From NCBI RefSeq assembly GCF_001194135.2, contig NC_068985.1, forward strand, positions 32,983,850-33,047,849: a stretch of 64,000 nucleotides of DNA, given 5' to 3'. Position 1 is the first letter of the stretch; each line of letters starts with the position of its first letter. Of this stretch, positions 55,747 through 64,000 are shown in pieces. The position numbers and the translations under genes were made by a program. The stretch is from Octopus bimaculoides. Taxonomy: Eukaryota. The notes beneath the pieces were generated by a model. The model made no database searches. It saw nothing but the letters and a program-made list of their open reading frames with translations, and was not told the origin of the DNA.

Positions 55747-56803
55747 GAGGTAGTCGATAGCTTCCGCTATCTGGGCGACCAAGTTAGTAGTGGGGGTGGG
55801 TGCGCTGAAAGTGTAGCTGCTAGAATAAGAATAGCCTGGGCAAAGTTTAGAGAGCTCTTACCCCTGCTGGCGACAAAGGGACTCTCACTCAGAGTAAAAG
55901 GCAGACTGTATGACGCATGCGTACGAACAACCATGCTACATGGCAGTGAAACATGGGCTGTAACTGCTGAGGACATACGTAAGCTCGCAAGGAATGAAGC
56001 CAGTATGCTCCGTTGGATGTGTAATGTCAATGTGAATACCCGTCAGAGTGTAAGTATCTTGAGAGAAAAGCTGAACATTAGAAGCNNNNNNNNNNNNNNN
56101 NNNNNNNNNNNNNNNNNNNNNNNNNNNNNNNNNNNNNNNNNNNNNNNNNNNNNNNNNNNNNNNNNNNNNNNNNNNNNNNNNNNNNNNNNNNNNNNNNNNN
56201 NNNNNNNNNNNNNNNNNNNNNNNNNNNNNNNNNNNNNNNNNNNNNNNNNNNNNNNNNNNNNNNNNNNNNNNNNNNNNNNNNNNNNNNNNNNNNNNNNNNN
56301 NNNNNNNNNNNNNNNNNNNNNNNNNNNNNNNNNNNNNNNNNNNNNNNNNNNNNNNNNNNNNNNNNNNNNNNNNNNNNNNNNNNNNNNNNNNNNNNNNNNN
56401 NNNNNNNNNNNNNNNNNNNNNNNNNNNNNNNNNNNNNNNNNNNNNNNNNNNNNNNNNNNNNNNNNNNNNNNNNNNNNNNNNNNNNNNNNNNNNNNNNNNN
56501 NNNNNNNNNNNNNNNNNNNNNNNNNNNNNNNNNNNNNNNNNNNNNNNNNNNNNNNNNNNNNNNNNNNNNNGGCACATAAAAGACACCATTTCGAGCGTGG
56601 CCGTTTTCGTGCGGGTGACACGTAAAAGCACCCACTACACTCTCTGAGTGGTTGGCGTTAGGAAGGGCATCCAGCTGTAGAAACTCTGCCAAATCAGACT
56701 GGAGCCTGGTGTTGCCATCCGGTTTCACCAGTCCTCAGTCAAATCGTCCAACCCATGCTAGCATGGAAAGCGGACGTTAAACGATGATGATGATGATGAT
56801 GAT
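55747..56803 (+). mobile_element. 5'-truncated RTE-clade LINE (end of RT ORF, assembly gap, 3' UTR, (GAT)n tail)
   Basis: Uninterrupted frame EVVDSFRYLGDQVSSGGGCAESVAARIRIAWAKFRELLPLL...KGRLYDACVRTTMLHGSETWAVTAEDIRKLARNEASMLRWMC, typical of the RTE RT C-terminal region (F.YLG, YGSETW-like). The gap covers 56086-56570, and the 3' UTR ends in a (GAT)n tail. Confidence 0.92.
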
Positions 56804-58216
56804 TCTGATTCTGATCTGATACCATCCTAGGGTAATCAGTTCAACTATTTAGAGTGATTCAGTAAATTTACATACCAAATATGTCTGCTTTTCAATTAGT
56901 CTTTTAATCTAGTTTGGTGCTTCACTACAAGCATCTGACCAGTCTTCAAAATAAGTAATAAATTATTTTATCCCTAGCTTTTTCAAGTAGTACTAACTTT
57001 GAATTCTTTTATTAAATTATTGTAATATCTTGTCTTTGTTACGGTTCATAAAGAAGGAAAGTGAATGGAATTCTCATGTCAGAAGATTTTATTATTGACT
57101 TAAAAACCAGAGACTTAAATTAAATGTAACAATTTTATTTTCAGAACAAAAGTCTTACCTTAAGGTTTTTATCAAAACACATATTTGATTTTCAAGGGAA
57201 ACTCTTAAAAATAAATGAAATCTGTCAGATTGTGATCAATATATAGATTCTCAATAATTTTGAAGCAAAAAAATGAAAAAGCTAAAGAAATAAGTTCTCC
57301 TTTGTGTGTAGTTTGGGGTGTGCTAACAATGTTATAACTAGAAACAATAGGCTCTTTGAGAGAAAGAAATTAATTTTTAAAGGGCAATTATAGTAATATA
57401 ATTTCTTTTTTCAAGCACGTTTTTTAATTTAGATCACTTTAGATGCTATGAGTTCAAACAATAATTCACATTGTGAACTTTTCTTTTAAAGCATCGCAAA
57501 TCTTTACATTGTCATTATAAGATTTTTACATCATTTATCACGCTGGCATTGATTATATGAGGATCTGCACTGCTGTTTTATTTCAGTTAACATTGTCTTT
57601 TATCAATTCATTAATAAATTTTAGCTATTTCTGATATTGTCTAATGATTGTAAGCTTCTGTAGGGTATTTTATTTCACCTTTGCAAAGAGGAATTAAATG
57701 ATTATTTGTAATAATTTATGACAGGCATTCTAGCAATCCCTACTTACTAATTTACTTATTCAGCAATTACTGACCCATACAGATTGCTTGTGAATCTGAA
57801 AAGATGATGAGCTTGCTTTACAAGGAAAAATTTTAAGTCATTGCTTAATATTTGTATGTTGAATTTTATCCTATCTGCAAATGCAGACGTTGCCAATAAA
57901 GAATAGTTGCAAAGTAGATTACAAACTTCTACAAAGTTGATAATATTGAACACAAATGTATTTTTATGACCAATTGGGATTATAGTGCCACATTTTACTT
58001 ACTGACAGAAATTTATCACTATCAATATTAAAAGCACATGGCTCCTGTTTTTGACAATAGCTTAAGATATCCTTACAGGATATTCTAAACATTTAAAATT
58101 AATTATCTTAATACCTTATCTTTTCAATATCTATTGAAATTTGTTGAAAATTTTTCATTGTCATTTTTGCCTTTTGTGATATTGAAGCTGATATTCTTTT
58201 TTACTTTCTTCTTCAG

Positions 58217-58501
58217 CTGAAAGTGATACAAGCCGATGTCCTGAACCTGTGATCAATACTCGTCACTATTTGGCAACATTTCGGGACAGTTGCTATGTAT
58301 TTATAAATCAAGAAAAATATTGGACCAAAGCCCGTGATTATTGTTGGTGGCTAGGTGGTGAACTTGTGCATATCCATGATATGGAAACTATGGAATTTCT
58401 CAAGAGTGTTCTCAATTCTAAAGAACTAGGCTGGAACAGAAATGGTGTCTGGACTGGTGCCAATGATTTACTTCATGAAGGCAAGTGGGTGTGGACAACA
58501 G
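58217..58501 (+). CDS. Internal coding exon encoding the N-terminal half of a C-type lectin-like domain (CTLD)
   Basis: Pyrimidine-rich acceptor (ttttactttcttcttcag) and donor G|GTAAAT. The exon is 285 nt, open, and phase 1 at both ends. It translates to ESDTSRCPEPVINTRHYLATFRDSCYVFINQEKYWTKARDYCWWLGGELVHIHDMETMEFLKSVLNSKELGWNRNGVWTGANDLLHEGKWVWTTG. This has the CTLD hallmarks C-P...SCY, W..A..YC...GG.L..I, the WxG-xxD motif (VWTGAND) and EGxWxW. The flanking exons were not found. Confidence 0.9.
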
Positions 58502-58989
58502 GTAAATAAAATAAAAATATATTATTAAATTTGTATTACACAAGGTATGTTTACAGCTATTTTTAGTTAAGTCAAAACTAAGTATGAAAAAAAATGCTTG
58601 ATATATTAGGTGGCTAATAAAAATGCTTTCATTTTAAATGTTTTAACACTTTACCATTTGTTCCCAAGTTTTTGATATCACATTCATACAAAGTAGACCT
58701 GTACTAAATATATAGCAATTATTTCAGTATTGTATTACAAGAGAACTGTTTTTTTTAATCGTTTTTGTATTTGGTTTGCAAGATTCTTTATGTGAATTCA
58801 TGTATTGAAGCATATTTTATTGTCTGGGGAGAGTCATTCTCTTTTAGTGCCTTATTAATTTAACACACTCACCAGTCTCATTTCCACTCATTTACTTATT
58901 TTTACTAAAATTTACATTGCATCTTGCAACCTTTTCAATAGTTGTTGACTTTGTCCATTATTGGAACTGCGTTCTTTTTCTTTGTTTGC

Positions 58990-59061
58990 TTGCTTGCATG
59001 CATGTACATCAGTGTGTGTGCGCATACACGTGTGTGTGTGTGTGTGTGTGTGTGTATGCAC

Positions 59062-59092
<31 letters not shown>

Positions 59093-59460
59093 CACATTTG
59101 TATGTATGTACTCTGCATATCCATGTGTTTGTGTGTGTGTGTCTATATGTGTGTACCTCTGTCTCCTTATGTGTGCATGTTTGTGTGTGTCTGTGTATGT
59201 GGTTGTGTGACTGTGTGTGTGTCTGTTATGTATGGATGTGTGACTCTATATGTGTCCTTGTGTGAAGTGTATGTATATGGTCTTGTGTTTTGGTCTTCAT
59301 TTGTATGTATGTATGCATGTATGTGTGTGCCTGTCTGTTCATATTACCTATGTACTTATCTATCTGTATATCTACCTGTCCATATACATATCCATTTACC
59401 CACATATACACACACACACACACACACGCATATATATATTTATATACACACCCATGCCTG
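58990..59460. repeat. Degenerate (GT)/(TA)/(CA) compound microsatellite
   Basis: Directly visible. Confidence 0.9.
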
Positions 59461-59519
59461 CATAATGGCCTACTAACAACACTGTCTATATATAAACTGG
59501 GTATTGGGGTATGACACCT

Positions 59520-60260
59520 ATATATATATTTCCTGTTTAGTACTGGAGATGTTTCATTAATGATGATGTACTCTTGTACTTGTCTGAGTGTTGAGTCCTT
59601 CAGGTGCTTGGATAAAATGCAGATGTCGAGTTGACCCAGTGTGCTTCCATGTTGGTCTTTGGCATGTTGGCTGAGTATGGAAGATTGTTTTTTGTCATAT
59701 TGTCTCAAATGTTCATTTAGCTTCTAGATATCTCACCTATGTATATTATGTTCTTGCCTTTACAAGCACCCTCTATGCACCTTATGCTGTAGACTACATT
59801 TCTAGCTTTACAGTTAATGCCAGGGTTAATGTTACACACTATGCAATTATCATTGGTGCATGTGGTATTCTCAAAGGGGTGTGTCCTGCATAATTGTGAT
59901 CTGATTGAGCTCTCTGGCTTTTCAATGATTTTTATGTTAAGTTTAGCCTCCTTCTGAGCTTTCCTAGTTCTCCATGGGCTGTGGCCTCTACAAACATCAC
60001 TCCTTGATATTTGTCGGTCTTGTGCCACATGTTCACTCTGTTTGCTTTGTACCAAACTCTCTGTATCCTATTCCAGTCTTTATTTCTATATCTAGGGCAG
60101 GTACCACTGGTTTCATTACTTATAATGCTATCTAACTTCTTTCTAGCACTCCTGTATACCCGAATCCTATCTTTCTGATCATATCCAAAGAATTGCATGC
60201 AGTGCATGAAGTTCTGTTCATGTTTCTTTCACTGTACCTGTGAACTGAATAACATTTTCA
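59520..60260 (-). mobile_element. Penelope-like element, RT thumb/linker plus GIY-YIG endonuclease relic
   Basis: Frameshifted pieces MQFFGYDQKDRIRV...VMFVEAT, KIIEKPESSIRSQLCRTHPFENTTCTNDNCIVC...CKARNVVYSIRCIEGACKGKNIIYIGE and SSILSQHAKDQH...DSTLRQVQEYIIINETSPVLNRK. Confidence 0.88.
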
Positions 60261-60383
60261 TTGGGCCTTTTGCTACTTATAAATATATCTATTCTATCCA
60301 ATGCATGTATTGAGCTCTCATTTGAACCATGGGCTTCCCAATTCCACATTGGACATTGTCCATTTCATATTTGCATGTATGTA

Positions 60384-60830
60384 CAGGGTTGTCAGGTATT
60401 TTTTGTTTGTGTTTTTTTTTCCATTTATTTTAATCCTTATTTTTCATCAACAATTTTAACGAATCAGTCAATATTATATTTTCCTTCATTGTTCATGACT
60501 TCTTTGCCAATGTTCCCTGAGATTGTCAATACCTTGACATAGAATTCACTAGGTCTTGACTTAAAGAATTCAAGTCATATTTTCAGCTCCACATCATTTT
60601 TGAACAAAAACACATCACAGACTGTTGGAGAGTGACTGTAAAAGGTGATAATCTGAAGGTGCTATATCAGGAGACTATGATGGGTGTAGTAACACTTCCC
60701 AACTGAGCTCTTAAAACAGCATTTTGGGTCAAATTAGTGATGTAAGGGTGAGCATTGTACTGCTGAAGAGGTACACCATGTTATCAGTTGGATAATTTCA
60801 GCTGGATTGCTTCGTTGGACCAGTGCATTT
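60384..60830 (-). mobile_element. Decayed mariner fragment (transposase C-terminus plus one TIR), same family as 26952-28258
   Basis: Visibly similar to 26952-27330. It translates to WEVLLHPS*SPDIAPSDYHLLQSLSNSL and GIDNLREHW. TA|CAGGGTTGTC end at 60382-60393. Confidence 0.8.
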
Positions 60831-62051
60831 ACTGAATATAATAATTTTTTCCTTCTTATTTTTCACTGATTTCTGGTCAGTTTTAGACGATCACTCATTG
60901 AATAACTGGCTTTTGCCCAATCCCTGACAAAATTGAAACCTTCAGTGTCCTCATTGTGATTTCATAGATGAAATATTGTAAAAGATTGGGATAAAAGTAG
61001 AAAAAGATTGTTTATTATATCGTCTGCAAAACTAATGTGGCCTCTGAAGTGAATTGAGCATTGTATTTTAATCTAAAACTGTCAGGCTAAGTACATCTTG
61101 AGAAAGCACAATGCAACTCTATTTCATAAACTAAAAGCTTATCCCTTTACTATTAATGTCATTGACTTATCACCAAAATTCTTCCTATAATATGTAATGA
61201 ACAAGTCGTCTGTACATAAACCATCCCTCTCCAGGTTATTGAGCATCATCAGAAGTTGTAGATATGAATAGTAAATTAAGTGGAATAGCTTAGCTAAGAA
61301 TAGAACCCATACTCTGAATTCAACTCTCTATTAGCTTTCCACTATGCTACGGTGCCTACATAAACATATTTTTCAGATACACAACATTTTTACTAAGAGT
61401 TAGAATTGATTTTGTTTACATATGTACCAGTGTCTTAGGTCTCCCTACTAAACCAATTTGAATATCTTGAACATAACTAAAAATAAAAGAAAAGGCTAAA
61501 ACGTGCACAGTAGTCAGTTCAGGAAAACTGTTTTCTTGTTGTTAAACGGTAGTCATGTATTCAGAAAAGCTGCTACTTGAAGCATAACAAGAAACACTTT
61601 TCACTTCCTACTGAGATCACTTCAATTTTGAAAGTCTTGCACAGAAACATCAGTGGTTTTCTGTGTAATGACTGGTAGTTGCTAACTGCTGGAGTTATTG
61701 ATTTCTTTCACCCTACTTCACAAGAATCTTCAGAGGTACTTACTAAATAGCATTGATGCCATTCTCACGCTAGATTTCTGCCACTATTTGTGATTTTAGT
61801 GTTAGAGAGGTTCGCTTATATTTTAAAATCATGTTGCATCTGTCAAAAAAACTTGAATCAGTTTAATGTTTTGTCAAATGTTTCATTTATCAGTTTACTA
61901 TTTACACACACACACATACACAGAGTAAATGATGATAGTTAATGTTGAAGAATCAAAGAATCAATTTAAATGAGCTAATTTTAAAGTTTTTGAATAAGTG
62001 TCGAGTCAATGATTACTAAACAGACATACAAAATAAATGAGAAATAGACAT

Positions 62052-62380
62052 CACATCATCATCATCATCATCTGTTTTCCATGCTGGCATGGGTTGGACA
62101 GTTCAACTGGGGTCTGGAAAACCAGGAGGCTGCACCAGACTCCAGCTGGATGCCCTTTCTAATGCCAACCACTCCATGAGTATAGTGGGTGCTTTTTATG
62201 TGCCACCAGCATAAGGGCCAGAGGGGGCTGGCATCGACCATGATAGATGGTGCTTTTTATGTGCCACCGGCAGGGGAGCCAGTCAAGGCAGTGCTGGCAT
62301 CGGCCATGTTCAGATGGTGCTTTTTACATGCCACTGGCACAGAAGCCAGTCAGAGCGAGGGAGCTGGCATCGACCAGTCG
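62052..62380 (-). mobile_element. Older RTE-family 3' UTR copy with three internal tandem units
   Basis: (CAT)n followed by the reverse-complement RTE 3' UTR, with three diverged units starting ggtgctttttatgtgccacc at about 62189, 62249 and 62318. Confidence 0.8.
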
Positions 62381-63228
62381 GGGCGTTTCTATGCTGTTTC
62401 TTTTTCATCTTTACATTCGTTTTTTTTTTTTAAATATATTGGCAGGCATAGATCATGTTGTTTAATTTATTAGTGTTGTTGCTCCAATCGACCCTGCTTA
62501 ACAAACTTATGTCAGAGTGATAACCAAATTTGTACTTCGCTGTAACCCTCATGTCTAGCAATGTGGTTTTGAAGTATACAAATATATATATATATATATA
62601 TATANNNNNNNNNNNNNNNNNNNNNNNNNNNNNNNNNNNNNNNNNNNNNNNNNNNNNNNNNNNNNNNNNNNNNNNNNNNNNNNNNNNNNNNNNNNNNNNN
62701 NNNNNNNNNNNNNNNNNNNNNNNNNNNNNNNNNNNNNNNNNNNNNNNNNNNNNNNNNNNNNNNNNNNNNNNNNNNNNNNNNNNNNNNNNNNNNNNNNNNN
62801 NNNNNNNNNNNNNNNNNNNNNNNNNNNNNNNNNNNNNNNNNNNNNNNNNNNNNNNNNNNNNNNNNNNNNNNNNNNNNNNNNNNNNNNNNNNNNNNNNNNN
62901 NNNNNNNNNNNNNNNNNNNNNNNNNNNNNNNNNNNNNNNNNNNNNNNNNNNNNNNNNNNNNNNNNNNNNNNNNNNNNNNNNNNNNNNNNNNNNNNNNNNN
63001 NNNNNNNNNNNNNNNNNNNNNNNNNNNNNNNNNNNNNNNNNNNNNNNNNNNNNNNNNNNNNNNNNNNNNNNNNNNNNNNNNNNNNNNNNNNNNNNNNNNN
63101 NNNNNNNNNNNNNNNNNNNNNNNNNNNNNNNNNNNNNNNNNNNNNNNNNNNNNNNNNNNNNNNNNNNNNNNNNNNNNNNNNNATATATATATACATACAC
63201 ACACACAAATATATGTATATATGTGTGA

Positions 63229-63545
63229 AGGCGCATGGCTTAGTGGTTAGGGCATTTGGCTCATGATCGTAAGGTCGTGAGTTCCATTCCCGGCAACACA
63301 TTCTGTCCTTGAGCAAGACACTTCATTTCACATTGCTCCAGTCCACTCTGACAAAAATGAGTAGTACCTGTATTTCAGAGGGCCACCCTTGTCACACTCT
63401 GTGTCATGCTGAATCTTCCTAAGAACTACTTTAAGGGTACACATGTCTGTGGAGTGCTCAGCCACTTGCATGTGAATTTCATGAGCAAGCTGTTCCATTG
63501 ATCATATCAGCTGGGACCCTCATTGTTGTAACCAATAGAGTGCTC
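63229..63545 (+). mobile_element. tRNA-derived SINE (third family)
   Basis: A box TGGCTTAGTGG (63236-46) and B box GAGTTCCATTCC (63279-90), followed by the SINE core tgtccttgagcaagacact. It does not close an acceptor stem as a true tRNA gene would. Confidence 0.75.
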
Positions 63546-63814
63546 TTATATACAAATATATATACAAAGATATAAAAGGACAACACTCATTATTATATTA
63601 GATTATACATACATGTTAACACTTTACAGTATACTTACATATATACATAATTCTATGCATCGATCTTAAACAACAGGATTAATAAAGGAAAACCGGAATT
63701 TAAGAGAGAAGAGAAAACCAAAAGGTCCCATGATATTCTTATTTTTAAAATCATCCCTGATTACTCGTTGAAAGGACGTTGGTGTTGCATTGGTGGAGGT
63801 TTACGCTCTCTGAG

Positions 63815-63871
63815 TCCTCCTCCTCCTCCTTCTTCTTCTTCTTCGTCTTCTTCTTCTTCTTCTTCTTCTTC

Positions 63872-63912
<41 letters not shown>

Positions 63913-63913
63913 T
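63815..63913. repeat. Compound (CCT)(CTT)(TTA) trinucleotide repeat
   Basis: Directly visible; probably the abutting tails of two repeats. Confidence 0.9.
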
Positions 63914-64000
63914 TATGTTTGACTTTTGTTTTGCATTTGTACAAGTTGGATCCAAGTCTCACCCAGAGACCTCAAGAGACAACAAGTTAGAAGTTCATGT

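Noticed and set aside
57540-57900. Candidate signal-peptide exon for the lectin gene
   Set aside because: The hydrophobic mini-ORFs here hit stops before any phase-1 GT donor.
61100-61260. Minus-strand CTGATGA...GAAA spacing resembling a hammerhead
   Set aside because: There is no valid NUH or stem III and no stem II pairing, so it is consistent with chance.
63229-63300. tRNA gene
   Set aside because: A and B boxes are present, but there is no closed cloverleaf and the sequence continues into a SINE body.

Overview
This is an AT-rich eukaryotic genomic window, rich in microsatellites and containing seven N-gaps. The SINE and RTE repeat families look like those of an octopod cephalopod (Octopus); this is inferred from recognition, not from a search. 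It is almost entirely intronic or intergenic. Only one host coding exon is well supported: a phase-1/phase-1 exon encoding the N-terminal half of a C-type lectin domain (58217-58501, +). The rest is layered transposon debris: three mariner elements (one full length, with TA target duplications and an intact D,D34D triad), RTE LINE fragments including near-identical young 3' ends, two Penelope GIY-YIG relics, hAT and LINE-RT relics, several SINE families, a small hAT MITE and two long inverted-repeat elements. The most notable unexplained signals are a type I hammerhead-ribozyme-like motif in a short TA-flanked element (15640-15725) and a 1-kb long-TIR element with an 8-bp target duplication (48483-49496). 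Nearly all ORFs in the supplied track are artefacts of microsatellites or N-gaps. There is no evidence for CRISPR arrays, rRNA genes or genuine tRNA genes. Repeat boundaries are approximate unless a TSD or TIR is quoted.
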